Origin: an uncultured Gemmatimonadales bacterium
Lineage (GTDB): Bacteria > Gemmatimonadota > Gemmatimonadetes > Gemmatimonadales > GWC2-71-9
Assembly: GCA_963730185.1 (NCBI GenBank)
Contig: CAVSQW010000007.1
Span: forward strand, 544,001 to 608,000
Length of the DNA: 64,000 nt
Reading direction: 5' to 3'
A program made the translations under genes and the position numbers. The notes beneath the pieces were generated by a model. It saw nothing but the letters and a program-made list of their open reading frames with translations. It did not search any database and was not told the origin of the DNA. This document shows, piece after piece, positions 16,082 to 25,741 of the stretch; the stretch's first letter is position 1; each line of letters starts with the position of its first letter.

Positions 16082-19000
16082 CTAGCGCTCGTCGTCCTCC
16101 TGGAAGAAGCCGCCGGCCGATCCGGTGCCGCTGGTGCGTTCCACCCGGAGCTTTTGGGTGTAGGTCTTCCCGCCGACGGTCAGGCTCACCAGGTAGTCGC
16201 CGGGCTCGGCCAGACCGCCGCCTCCCCGGCGCCTCCCGAAGAACGCGCCAAACCCGCCCCGCCGGCCCGGCGGCCGGAGCAGGTCGAAGAGCTGGCTCAT
16301 CATCCCCTGGTCCATCTGACCGGCGCCACCCGGGGCCCCGCCGCCGCGTTGGCCGCGGAGCGGAGACTCCGCCGGCCGGGCATTGAATCCGCCGGGTCGG
16401 GCGCCGCCGCCACCCCCGCCGCCCCGTCCGAACATCGCGAAGAGGCCCTGGGTGTCGCCCGAGGCGAGCATGGTGCGGATTCGCTCCGCCATCGGCGCGG
16501 GCAGGGTGCCGGCCTTGGTGAGCGAGTCGAACACGACGTCACGGCGGGCCGCCATCTGGATGCTGTCCCGCCGGGCGGCCGGGCCGAGCGGCTCCGCGGG
16601 CGGCTGCTTGCCGCGGTAGTTCCAGGTCACCCGATGGACCCCCGGACCGCCCGGACCGTTCAGGGTCTGGACCGTGTCACCGGCCACGTCGAGGATGGCG
16701 ATCTGTGCCCGGGGGCCGCCCCGACCGGGGCCCTGGCGGCCGCCTCGAGGCGGGGCCCCCTCCCGGCCTCCGGTTTGCCCGTTGTCCTGGCCGCCCCGGC
16801 CGCCGGCGGCGGCCTCGGCGCCGGTGACCCGGTAGACGATCTCGGCACCGTACGCCGGGCTCGGGGCCTCGAAGGCCTTCTGACCGGGCTCCTCGCCGCC
16901 CACCGGCGGCTCGCCCCACTGATACGCGGTCTGGGGCTGGAAGAGATGGTTGCCCAGCCCCAGGACCGAGTCGGTCATCTGCTCGAGCGGCCCGATGTCG
17001 ACGATCCAGATCGAGCGGCCGTGGGTTGCCGCGATCAGGTCGCGCTCGCGGGGATGGATCCTGAGGTCGCGCACCGGGACGGTGGGGAGCCCGTTCATGA
17101 AGCGCTCCCACGAGCCACCGCCGTTGCTCGAGACGTACACGCCGACGTCGGTGCCAACGAACAACAGCTTGGGGTTGCTCAGGTCTTCCCGGATCACGTG
17201 CACGAAGTCGGGTCCGCCGGTCGGCAGGTTGCCCGCGATCGACTGGAAGGTCTTGCCGAAGTCCGTGGTCCGGTAGACGTAGGGCGTAAAGTCGTTGGTG
17301 CGGTGTCCGTCGAAGGTCACGTAGAACGTGGCCGAGTCGTGCGACGACGCCTCGATGTTGCTGACGTAGGTCAGGGTGGGGACGCCGGGGAAGCGGCCGG
17401 TCAGGCTTTCCCAGCCGCCGCCGTCGTTTCGCGAGACCCACACGTTGCCGTCGTCGGTGCCGGCGTAGAGGAGGCCTGGGCGGATCGGCGACTCCGCCAG
17501 GGCCACGATGGTGCCGTAGGTCTCGGCGCCGGTGACGTCGGTGGTGATGCCGCCCGAGGTCTCGGTGCTGACCCGGATCTTGATCGAGTCGCGGGTGGAG
17601 AGATCGGGCGAGATCGGGTACATGCTCGCCCCGCGGTCGACGCTCTTCATCACCCGGTTGGCGCCCAGGTAGAGGGTTCCCGGGTTATGGGATGAGAGGA
17701 AGAACGGGGTGTTCCAGTTCCAGCGGGTGTCCCAGTTGGCCGAGTCGGCGGCCCGGGCCTGGGCGATGGTGGCCAGCCGCTTCTTCATGGCGGAGGTCTC
17801 GGGCTGGGTGGTGTCGCCCCGGATCACGACCACCGAGTCCTCCCAGGCCTGGGCCCGTTCCCGCCAGTTGGGCTTCGGGAAGCTCGAGCGCTCCCCGGTG
17901 GACCACTGGTACCGGGCGACGTTGCCGCCCTGCGACTCGCCGTAGAGCACGTCCGGATCGGTGGGATCCTGGGCGGTCCGGAACCCGTCGCCGCCGTTGA
18001 AGGTGGCCCACATCGCGTTGGTGATCGGGCCGTTCTTGCGGCGGCTGGGACCGCACCAGGATCCGTTGTCCTGGAGGCCGCCGCAGACCCGGTAGGGCAC
18101 GGCCAGGTCGTAGCTGACGGCGTAGAACTGGCCGTTCGCGATCGTGTTCAGGAACTCGAAGTTGCCACCCTGGTCCCAGGTCTGCACCACGCCGCCGTCG
18201 TTGCCGACCAGGAAGTGGTTCTCGTCACCCGGGTCCATCCACATGGCGTGGTCGTCGACGTGGATCCCGACGGTCCCGTTCCGGACGGTCTTGCCGCCGT
18301 CGTCGGAGAAGTTGAACGGGGTGGACGACCAGTAGACCCGATCGGGGTTCTTGATGTCGACCCGGACCTGGGAGTAGTAGAACGGCCGGGTGTCGTTGGC
18401 GTTCATCTTGGTCCAGGTGGCCCCGCCGTCGGCCGACCGGTAGAGGCCGGAGGGACGGGTCTGCTGGGCCGCGCCCTTGGCGGGTTTCGGATTCGCCATG
18501 GTGTCGGCTTCCACCAGCGCGTAGACCACCTTGGGGTTGCTGGGCGCGATGGCGATGCCGATCCGGCCCTTCATCGTCTCGGGAAAGCCGCCGCCCTTCA
18601 CTTCGGTCCAGGTCTTCCCGGCATCGGTGGTCTTCCAGAGGCCGCTGCCGGGGCCGCCGCTCTGCAGGAAGTAGGGGCCCCGCACCCGCTCCCACGCCGA
18701 GGCGAAGAGCAGGTCGGGGTTCGAGGGGTCCATCGCGAGATCGACGAACCCGGCCTTGTCGCTGATGAACTTGATCCGCTGCCAGGTGGCCCCGCCGTCG
18801 GTGGTCTTGTAGACGCCGCGCTCGGGATTGGCGCCCCAGGCGTGACCCAGCGCGGCCACGTAGGCCACGTTGGGGTCGCGGGGGTCGACCACGATCCGGC
18901 CGATGTGCCGGGTCTCGGTCAAGCCCACGTGCTTCCAGGTCAGCCCGCCGTCGGTCGACTTGAAGACGCCGCAGCCGGGCGAGATCGAGTTCCGGGAGTC

Positions 19001-19354
19001 CTCCTCACCGGTCCCGGCGTAGAGGACCATGCTGTCGCTCGGCGCGATGGCCAAGTCGCCGCCGGCGACGCAGCGCTGGTGCTGGAAGAGGGGGCGGAAG
19101 CTGATCCCGGCGTTGGTCGTCTTGAAGATGCCCCCCGCGGCGGTCATCACGTAGAAGGTGCGGGAGGGGCTGGGCAGGCCCTCGATGTCGGTGATCCGGC
19201 CGCTCATGTTGGCGGGGCCGATGGACCGCCACTGGAAGGCATTGAGGGTGAGCGAATCGAGGGGTTCGGGGGTCTGTGCCGCGGCTCGGGCACCGGCCAC
19301 GGTGGCCAGCGCGAGCAGGAGCGACGCTCCCCGACTCGGCAGTGCAATCGCCAT
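16082..19354 (-). CDS. Secreted VPS10/sortilin-like BNR-repeat (glycosyl hydrolase-like) protein
   Basis: Signal peptide; WRSIGPANMSGRI; repeated S.DGG.TW Asp-boxes; GGLQDNG. Confidence 0.85.
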   Translation of the reverse strand: MAIALPSRGASLLLALATVAGARAAAQTPEPLDSLTLNAFQWRSIGPANMSGRITDIEGLPSPSRTFYVMTAAGGIFKTTNAGISFRPLFQHQRCVAGGDLAIAPSDSMVLYAGTGEEDSRNSISPGCGVFKSTDGGLTWKHVGLTETRHIGRIVVDPRDPNVAYVAALGHAWGANPERGVYKTTDGGATWQRIKFISDKAGFVDLAMDPSNPDLLFASAWERVRGPYFLQSGGPGSGLWKTTDAGKTWTEVKGGGFPETMKGRIGIAIAPSNPKVVYALVEADTMANPKPAKGAAQQTRPSGLYRSADGGATWTKMNANDTRPFYYSQVRVDIKNPDRVYWSSTPFNFSDDGGKTVRNGTVGIHVDDHAMWMDPGDENHFLVGNDGGVVQTWDQGGNFEFLNTIANGQFYAVSYDLAVPYRVCGGLQDNGSWCGPSRRKNGPITNAMWATFNGGDGFRTAQDPTDPDVLYGESQGGNVARYQWSTGERSSFPKPNWRERAQAWEDSVVVIRGDTTQPETSAMKKRLATIAQARAADSANWDTRWNWNTPFFLSSHNPGTLYLGANRVMKSVDRGASMYPISPDLSTRDSIKIRVSTETSGGITTDVTGAETYGTIVALAESPIRPGLLYAGTDDGNVWVSRNDGGGWESLTGRFPGVPTLTYVSNIEASSHDSATFYVTFDGHRTNDFTPYVYRTTDFGKTFQSIAGNLPTGGPDFVHVIREDLSNPKLLFVGTDVGVYVSSNGGGSWERFMNGLPTVPVRDLRIHPRERDLIAATHGRSIWIVDIGPLEQMTDSVLGLGNHLFQPQTAYQWGEPPVGGEEPGQKAFEAPSPAYGAEIVYRVTGAEAAAGGRGGQDNGQTGGREGAPPRGGRQGPGRGGPRAQIAILDVAGDTVQTLNGPGGPGVHRVTWNYRGKQPPAEPLGPAARRDSIQMAARRDVVFDSLTKAGTLPAPMAERIRTMLASGDTQGLFAMFGRGGGGGGGARPGGFNARPAESPLRGQRGGGAPGGAGQMDQGMMSQLFDLLRPPGRRGGFGAFFGRRRGGGGLAEPGDYLVSLTVGGKTYTQKLRVERTSGTGSAGGFFQEDDER

Positions 19355-19461
19355 GGGAACCTCGGTTGGGTGGAGAAAGCATGGCGACCGGGCCGCGAAA
19401 TGGCCGGCGCCATGCCTTGGGTACGCACGAGCGGTCCGGTCCGTTGAACCGGGCTCCGCGG

Positions 19462-21504
19462 TCAGAAGAGCCGGATCTGCACGCGAAGCAGGCGGCCGGG
19501 GCGGGGCAGCCCGCACTGGTCGTAGCGGGCGGCGTTGCCGAGGTTGTCGGCCGCCAGCCGGGCCTCGAGGGCCGACCAGAGTCCGGCCGATCGGAGCGCG
19601 AACACCCGGGACAGCTCCGCGTTCACGGTACCGCCGCCGTCGAGCCGGCGGTCGGCGCCGCTTTCCGGGTCGATGCAGAACTGGTTTCCGGTCACGATCA
19701 GGTCGCCACCGCCGACCAGGCCGAGGGCGAGGGGGACCCGGGCCCGGAGGCTCCCGAACACGGCCGGCAGGTTCTCGGGCCGGTTGCCGACGGCCGCGCC
19801 GGGATCGGCGAGCGTCACCGATTGGACGGTCAGGTCGCCGGCGACGGTGGCGGGGCCGATCGGGGCCGAGGCCAGCAGCTCGACGCCCCGGCTGGTGAGG
19901 CGGTTCCGGTTGACCCTCATGAACCGGCGGTCGGGAAGGCTGATCCGCACGACCGCGTCGTCGAGCCGGTGGTGGAAGGCCACCGCCTGGATCTCCGAGC
20001 GTCCGAAACGCCGGGTCACGCCGGCCTCGATCGCGACCAGCCGCTCGGGGCGGAGCTCGGGGTTGGGGACGAACCGATCGAGGGCGCCCGAGTAGAGCTC
20101 TCGAAGCGACGGGAATCGCCCCCGCCGGCTCACCCCGCCGTGGATCTCGGTCTCGCCCTGGTCGAGGCCCATCGTGAAGCCGACCCGGCCGCCCCAGGCG
20201 TGGATGGTGCCCAGGGGCTCGCGGCCGCCGGACTGGGGGGTCTGCCCGACGTCGTAGGCGGCCCCGGCCGTGAACCGGAGGGAGCTGACGGCCGCCCCGT
20301 TTTCGACGGCCCGCCAGGTGGACTCGAGCCCGGTGCTCCAGAGCCGCTGCCGATATCGTGCCTCGCCGCCGGGGAGGAGCTCGTCGTGACGGATGTCCGA
20401 GACCGTGAAGGCGCCCGACAGGTCGACCCGCCGGCCCAGCGTGTGGTCCGCGAGCAGGCGGCCGGTAAGGACCCGGTCCTTCCCGTCCTCGAAGCCGTCG
20501 AGCTCGGTGTAGGAACGGGAGGTATAGGCGTCGATGTCGGTCCGGCCCAGGTCGACCGCGACGCTGGTCTCGAGGTCGACGCGGCCGCCGAAGAGTCCGA
20601 GCCGCTCGCCGGAGCCCCCGGAGGCGATCAGCAGCGAGCGCCTGACGCTGGGGTAGCGCCAGAAGCGTGCGTCGGTCACCCCCAGCTCGGCGGCGATCCC
20701 GCGGCGGGCCTGGAAGGACGAGGCGGTGAGCGAGGCCCACTGGCCCTGGTTGCCGTGGAAACGCAGGGCGGCGAAGCCGTCGACCGAATGCACGTCGGTG
20801 TTGACCCGGAGATCGGTGGCCGGATCGGAGGGCTCCCGGACCCCGGCTGGGAGAGGCTGACCGGGCGAGGCGGTGTAGCCGACTCCGCCTCGGAGGAGCC
20901 AGCGACCGGCGCCACTCTCAAAGGGGAGGGTCACGTCGGTCGAGCCGCCGACGCCGCCGGTCGCATCGGCGCCGGTTGCCACCCGGAGCGACGAACGCCT
21001 CGGCTGGCGGAGCGAGCGCCCGACCGTGATCTCGACGATACCTCCCAGCACGTTGGGACCGTAGAGCATCGAGGACAGGCCCCGGGTGTACTCGACCTGG
21101 ACTGGGGCGCCGAGCGGGATGATCGACGCGTCGGCCCGGCCGTCCCAGGCGAGGGTGAGGGGGATCCCGTCGACCAGGATCGCCACCTGTCGCGACTCGG
21201 AGCCGCGGGCCGAGATCTCCGCTTCGCCGCGGGAGTTCCGCCGGACGTGGAGGAGGGGCAACTTGCGGAGCACCCGCTCGAGGGAGGGGGCAGGCGGGAG
21301 GTCCAGCGAGTCGAGGCGGAGCCGAAGGGCGGCCGCGCCGCCGACCGTGGTGACCGGCTCGGCGGCTCGGACCACGATCTCGGCCAGGCTGGCCTCGAGA
21401 GAGTCGCTCCGAGTCGAGTCGGGCACTTGGCTCCCGGCCGGGGCGGCGCCGGCGAGGAGCAGCGCCACCGGGCAGAGTGCGAGACGGAATCTGGGTCCGA
21501 GCAT
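19462..21504 (-). CDS. TonB-dependent receptor
   Basis: Signal peptide, plug (LVDGIP, YGPN.LGGIV), NPELRPE, DNL.N, C-terminal F. Confidence 0.87.
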   Translation of the reverse strand: MLGPRFRLALCPVALLLAGAAPAGSQVPDSTRSDSLEASLAEIVVRAAEPVTTVGGAAALRLRLDSLDLPPAPSLERVLRKLPLLHVRRNSRGEAEISARGSESRQVAILVDGIPLTLAWDGRADASIIPLGAPVQVEYTRGLSSMLYGPNVLGGIVEITVGRSLRQPRRSSLRVATGADATGGVGGSTDVTLPFESGAGRWLLRGGVGYTASPGQPLPAGVREPSDPATDLRVNTDVHSVDGFAALRFHGNQGQWASLTASSFQARRGIAAELGVTDARFWRYPSVRRSLLIASGGSGERLGLFGGRVDLETSVAVDLGRTDIDAYTSRSYTELDGFEDGKDRVLTGRLLADHTLGRRVDLSGAFTVSDIRHDELLPGGEARYRQRLWSTGLESTWRAVENGAAVSSLRFTAGAAYDVGQTPQSGGREPLGTIHAWGGRVGFTMGLDQGETEIHGGVSRRGRFPSLRELYSGALDRFVPNPELRPERLVAIEAGVTRRFGRSEIQAVAFHHRLDDAVVRISLPDRRFMRVNRNRLTSRGVELLASAPIGPATVAGDLTVQSVTLADPGAAVGNRPENLPAVFGSLRARVPLALGLVGGGDLIVTGNQFCIDPESGADRRLDGGGTVNAELSRVFALRSAGLWSALEARLAADNLGNAARYDQCGLPRPGRLLRVQIRLF

Positions 21505-21607
21505 CGGCGGCGGTCCGGGAACAGGTTGACCGGGGTCCGGACGACTGGCCGCAAATATACGTCGGGCCAAGACTTGGCTGGCATGCGGCGGCTGGCCCCC
21601 TGTCACG

Positions 21608-21636
21608 TTGACGGGTAAATTCCGGCCGGGTATTAT
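21608..21636 (+). promoter_or_regulatory. Sigma70-type promoter of tRNA-Leu
   Basis: TTGACG-N17-TATTAT, ending 10 nt before the tRNA. Confidence 0.75.
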
Positions 21637-21645
21637 GGGGCCCGC

Positions 21646-21727
21646 GCCCTGGTGGTGAAACTGGTAGACACGCTATCTTGAGGGGGTAGTGCCGAAAGGC
21701 GTCGCGGTTCGAATCCGCGCCAGGGCA
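21646..21727 (+). tRNA. tRNA-Leu (anticodon GAG)
   Basis: GCCCTGG/CCAGGGC acceptor, CTATC-TTGAGGG-GGTAG anticodon arm, long variable arm, TTCGAAT; followed by TCA rather than CCA. Confidence 0.93.
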
Positions 21728-21748
21728 TCAAGCATTCGGGAGGACGGT

Positions 21749-21778
21749 AGCCCGCGAGCCAGGAGCTCGCGGGCTTTT
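21749..21778 (+). terminator. Intrinsic terminator after tRNA-Leu
   Basis: AGCCCGCGAGC-cagga-GCTCGCGGGCT followed by a T run. Confidence 0.75.
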
Positions 21779-21955
21779 CCGTTGCGGCTCGCGGTCTCCA
21801 CGGGTGATCTCGACCATCGAGCGGGTTGGGTGGCGAAGCCCGGAGCGTGGACCGGCCCTCCTGAAGTGTCCAAAAAGACGCCACGTCGCATTTTCGCGCT
21901 CGACACCGGAGGGCCCCGAGCCTTAGCTTCGACGCTCTGACCGGAGACGAGGTCG

Positions 21956-23800
21956 ATGAGGAACAGACCGAGTCGGGCTGGAGCCGTGGTCTTCACGGCC
22001 GCGACGTTCGGCCTCCTCTCAGGCTGGCTCGATGGTTTGATCCGGCTGGCCCGCACGCATGTCGTTCCCGAGAACGCGAGGCCGGGTGTCCTGCTCCTCT
22101 GGATGCCCGCGGTGGCGAACGGGATCTACTTGGTGGTGGCGGCGCTGCCGCTGGTGCTGCTCGCGGCGGTGAAGCCCCGCTGGGTCACGCCGTCGAGGCT
22201 GGTCTTCGCGTCCCTCTTTCCGGCGATCTGTCTCGGTCTCTGGCCGCTGAATCCCCCACTGGCGAAGTACGCGATCGGCCTGCTGGCGGCCGGCATCGCG
22301 GTGCAGGCGGCCCGGTTCGCAGATCGCGACCCGGGCCGCTTCGAACGGGGCCTGCGTCGGACCCTGCTTGCGGTCGGCGCGTACCTTCTCCTGACGGCGA
22401 CGTCGATCGGGGTGGTTCGCGACGTGGGCTCGTGGCTGGCGCTCCGGAGGGCGTCACCCGTCAGGGGGCGGAACGTGGTCCTCCTGGTGCTCGACACCGT
22501 GCGCGCCATGAGCCTGAGCCTCTACGGCTACGATCGGCCCACCACGCCGAACCTGACCCGGATCGCCCGTCGAGGCGCGCTGTTCGATCGCGCCTACTCC
22601 ACGGCTCCATGGACGCTCCCGTCGCACGCCTCGATGTTCACGGGACGTTGGGCGTGGGAGCTCGAGGCCGATTGGCGGACTCCGCTCAGCCACCGCTATT
22701 CGACGCTCGCCGAGGTGCTCGCCGCCCGAGGGTACGCCACCGCGGGCTTCGTCGCCAATCTGGCTTACACTCAGCGGGAGATGGGGCTCGGCCGAGGCTT
22801 CGGGCGTTACGACGCGTATCGGGTGAGCCTCGAGCAGGTTCTCAAGAGCTCGCGCGCCGGGCGCGAGCTGGCCCGACGCCTTCAGCCGCTCCTCGGCTGG
22901 CTGGGGCCGTCGAGTCCCGGGTTCGATCGGAAGACGGCGGACGACATCAACCGTGCCGTGCTGGGTTGGGTTGATCGCCATGGTGATCGTCCGTTCTTCG
23001 TCTTCGCGAACTATTTCGACGCGCATCAGGACTACTACGTACCCTCGGGCTATGACTCGTTGTTCCGGCGGGGCGCCGGTCGGAAGGCGGCGGGCGCTCG
23101 TGCCGATTCGATCCCGATCGCCGTCCGGAGCCGGCTGCGCTACGAGCAGGCGATCCGATACCTCGACGAGGCGGTGGGACGCCTGGTCGATTCACTGGGT
23201 CGGCGCGGGGTGTTGAACAACACCGTGCTGGTGATCACCGCCGACCACGGCGAGGAGATCATGGAGCACGGTTGGCTCGGTCACGGTGGGAGCGTGTATC
23301 TCCCGGCGCTCTGGGTGCCCCTGATCGTGATCGAGCCCGGGGTGGTACCGGCGGGCCGCGTCGTGCCGGACGCCGTCAGCCCCCGGGACCTCGCGGCTAC
23401 CATCCTCGACCTGCTCGGCGCCGATCCGGCGTTGCCCGGCCGCTCGCTGGCCAGATACTGGAAGGGGCCCGCGCCAGGTGGGGTGGACACGCTGTTCGCC
23501 GAGGTCCGGGCCAGCATCAACATGGGCCAGATCGACTCGGCTCCCGGTCGACGAGGCGACGTTCACTCCGTCATCGTCGGCGACCGCCATCTGATCGTGC
23601 GTCCCGACGGCCGGCTCGAGCTGTTCGACATCCGCGCCGACCCGGGGGAGCAGGAGAATCTGCTGGCCAGCGCGGGTGATAGCGCGCTCGCCGGGACGCT
23701 GCTGTCGGCGCTCGAGGCGAGCCACGCCCGACCCGTCCCGGCCGGTTGGGTGGCGGCCGATCGGTCCAGGGGGGGCGTTGCCCGCAAGACGGGTAGCTAA
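21956..23800 (+). CDS. Membrane-anchored sulfatase-like / alkaline phosphatase superfamily enzyme
   Basis: N-terminal TM helices; NVVLLVLDT, WTLPSHASMFTG, DAH, TADHGE, H..H, DP.E..NL. Confidence 0.85.
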   Translation: MRNRPSRAGAVVFTAATFGLLSGWLDGLIRLARTHVVPENARPGVLLLWMPAVANGIYLVVAALPLVLLAAVKPRWVTPSRLVFASLFPAICLGLWPLNPPLAKYAIGLLAAGIAVQAARFADRDPGRFERGLRRTLLAVGAYLLLTATSIGVVRDVGSWLALRRASPVRGRNVVLLVLDTVRAMSLSLYGYDRPTTPNLTRIARRGALFDRAYSTAPWTLPSHASMFTGRWAWELEADWRTPLSHRYSTLAEVLAARGYATAGFVANLAYTQREMGLGRGFGRYDAYRVSLEQVLKSSRAGRELARRLQPLLGWLGPSSPGFDRKTADDINRAVLGWVDRHGDRPFFVFANYFDAHQDYYVPSGYDSLFRRGAGRKAAGARADSIPIAVRSRLRYEQAIRYLDEAVGRLVDSLGRRGVLNNTVLVITADHGEEIMEHGWLGHGGSVYLPALWVPLIVIEPGVVPAGRVVPDAVSPRDLAATILDLLGADPALPGRSLARYWKGPAPGGVDTLFAEVRASINMGQIDSAPGRRGDVHSVIVGDRHLIVRPDGRLELFDIRADPGEQENLLASAGDSALAGTLLSALEASHARPVPAGWVAADRSRGGVARKTGS

Positions 23801-23833
23801 GTGGAAGTGCCGTATGTACTTTGTAGGTCCTCC

Positions 23834-23905
23834 GCCAGCGTAGCTCAGCGGTAGAGCACTCGATTCGTAATCGAGCGGTCGTGGGTTCAATTCCCACCGC
23901 TGGCT
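23834..23905 (+). tRNA. tRNA-Thr (anticodon CGT)
   Basis: GCCAGCG/CGCTGGC acceptor, CTCGA-TTCGTAA-TCGAG anticodon arm, TTCAATT T-loop; CCA not encoded. Confidence 0.93.
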
Positions 23906-23914
23906 CTCCCAACG

Positions 23915-23950
23915 ACCCCGGGCCGCCCCATCGCACGGCCCGGGGTTTTT
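23915..23950 (+). terminator. Intrinsic terminator after tRNA-Thr
   Basis: ACCCCGGGCCG...CGGCCCGGGGT followed by TTTT. Confidence 0.8.
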
Positions 23951-23956
23951 GCGTCC

Positions 23957-24430
23957 CTACTGCTTGTCGTAGACCATCTTGCGGGTCCGCTCGCCCTGCG
24001 GGGTGGTCGACTTGGTCGCGACGGTCATGGTCTTGCCATCGTCGCTCAGGGACCGCTCTTCCCGGGTCTTGACCGTCATCTCGCCGTTCGGGGTGTTGAA
24101 GGTGTTCTCGCCCTCGGTGACGAGGGTCTTCCCCTCCCAGTGCGACTTGGTCACCATCTCGTTGCCGCGCATGCCCGGGTTCCGGCTCTCGGAGCCGTCC
24201 AGGTTGTAGGTGGTGGTCCGGCTCCGCTCACCCATCGACATGACCATGGTGAGCTTGCCGCCGCCCTGGGTGATCTTGAGCTCACCCATGCCCATCATCC
24301 CGCCGCCCCGGCCCTGGGGTGCGTCGCTCTTGTCGGTGTCGACCTTCCAGGTGCCCGAGAAGTCGGGGTTTTGAGCCATCAAGGGGGTGGCCAGCAGGGT
24401 CAGTCCAGCGAGAACGGCCAGGGCACGCAT
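23957..24430 (-). CDS. Secreted hypothetical protein (lipocalin/FABP-like beta barrel)
   Basis: GGAG RBS, signal peptide, PDFSGTWK, LSDDGKTMTV. Confidence 0.7.
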   Translation of the reverse strand: MRALAVLAGLTLLATPLMAQNPDFSGTWKVDTDKSDAPQGRGGGMMGMGELKITQGGGKLTMVMSMGERSRTTTYNLDGSESRNPGMRGNEMVTKSHWEGKTLVTEGENTFNTPNGEMTVKTREERSLSDDGKTMTVATKSTTPQGERTRKMVYDKQ

Positions 24431-24598
24431 CGGAGTGTCTCCGGTAGTGGGGTCCAACAACGGAACATCAACGGTACGCGGAGCCTGGCGCCGGCGTTGA
24501 GTCGGCCGGCGGAGGCGCCTTGCCGGTCCCCAATGAGGGCCGCAGATTTCGCCGGAGAGGGAGGCAGACCGGCCCACCAGGCCACCGATGGGGCATCG

Positions 24599-25471
24599 AT
24601 GCGATCAGGATTCGTCAGCCGGTGTGGTACCGGCGCCGGCAGGGCACTCGCGCTGGCCGGTTTGGCCTTGGCCACCGGGGCCGCGGGGCCCGCCGACCCT
24701 CTGGCCGACTGCCTGGGCCGGAAGCCGGCCGAGACCTGGAAGCTCCCGCCTCTGTTCAGGGAAGTGTCGGGCCTGGCGCTCGCCGCCGACGGCCGGCTTT
24801 TCCTCCACAACGACGAGCAAGGGATCGTGGCGGCCGTCGATTACCGCAGCGGCAGGGTGTTGGGCACCTATCTCCTCGGCCCGGGCACGCCTCGGGGCGA
24901 TTTCGAGGGGATCGCGATCGCGGGGAGCCGCCTCTTTCTCACCACCAGCGACGGCCAGCTGTTCGAGACCGTGGTGCCCGACCCGACCGCGGCCGATCGG
25001 ACGACGCTGGCCTTTCGGGTCACGGACACGGGGCTCGGGCGTCAATGCGAGATCGAGGGGCTCGCGTTCGAGCCAGACGGCAACCTGCTGCTCGTGGCGT
25101 GCAAGCGCCCGCGCCGCAAGTCGCTCCGGGGGCGGCTGACGATCTTCCGGTGGTCGTTGGACCGGGGCGCCCTCGCGATTCCCGACCGGGTCACGGTGCC
25201 GCACGAGGCGCTGGCGGCGAACCGCCCCAGCTCCGGCTTTCACGCCTCGGCGCTGGAGCGCGATCCCGAGACCGGACACTACCTGGTGCTGGCTGGTCCG
25301 CAGCGGGCGTTCGCGGAGCTCGACCCGACCGGCCGGGTGCTGGCGACGGGTCGGTTGGGCGGTCACCATCGTCAGGCCGAAGGGTTGGCGATCGTCGGGG
25401 ACGGCACCCTGATCGTGAGCGACGAGGGTGGCCATCATGCCGGCACGCTGGCGGTGTACGCCTGCCGGTAG
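24599..25471 (+). CDS. SdiA-regulated (YjiK-like) beta-propeller protein
   Basis: EVSGLA, HNDE, DFEGIA, EIEGLAF, QAEGLA, SDEG repeats. Confidence 0.7.
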   Translation: MRSGFVSRCGTGAGRALALAGLALATGAAGPADPLADCLGRKPAETWKLPPLFREVSGLALAADGRLFLHNDEQGIVAAVDYRSGRVLGTYLLGPGTPRGDFEGIAIAGSRLFLTTSDGQLFETVVPDPTAADRTTLAFRVTDTGLGRQCEIEGLAFEPDGNLLLVACKRPRRKSLRGRLTIFRWSLDRGALAIPDRVTVPHEALAANRPSSGFHASALERDPETGHYLVLAGPQRAFAELDPTGRVLATGRLGGHHRQAEGLAIVGDGTLIVSDEGGHHAGTLAVYACR

Positions 25472-25741
25472 GGAGCGGCCCTATTCGCTGGGGCTCCTTG
25501 GCGCCTCCCGGGCCCAACAGGGCAACGCGGAGCGGTCGAGGCCGAGGTATCTTCTTCCCTCCCGGTTCGTGGCACGCGCATCCGTCGTTCTGCAGCTCGG
25601 TTTCCGCTGGTCAGCGTAACGTTTCGAAGTGAAACTGAGGGAGTTGCCGTTCCGTAAGAGGCCGCTATTCGAAGGTCATGGGTCGGGAACGTCTCTTCGG
25701 CCGACCCGCGGGTTCCAGAACCCATTTCGAGGAGGAGCACG

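Noticed and set aside
19355..20740. 1552-aa ORF as a giant fusion protein
   Set aside because: The 5' part is an Arg/Pro/Gly-rich shadow frame over the TonB receptor; the real start is MAIALPS at 19354
21646..23950. Integrative element at the tRNAs
   Set aside because: No integrase and no duplicated tRNA 3' end seen
25472..25741. Known riboswitch upstream of the cupredoxin lipoprotein
   Set aside because: Only short hairpins; no recognisable aptamer consensus by eye
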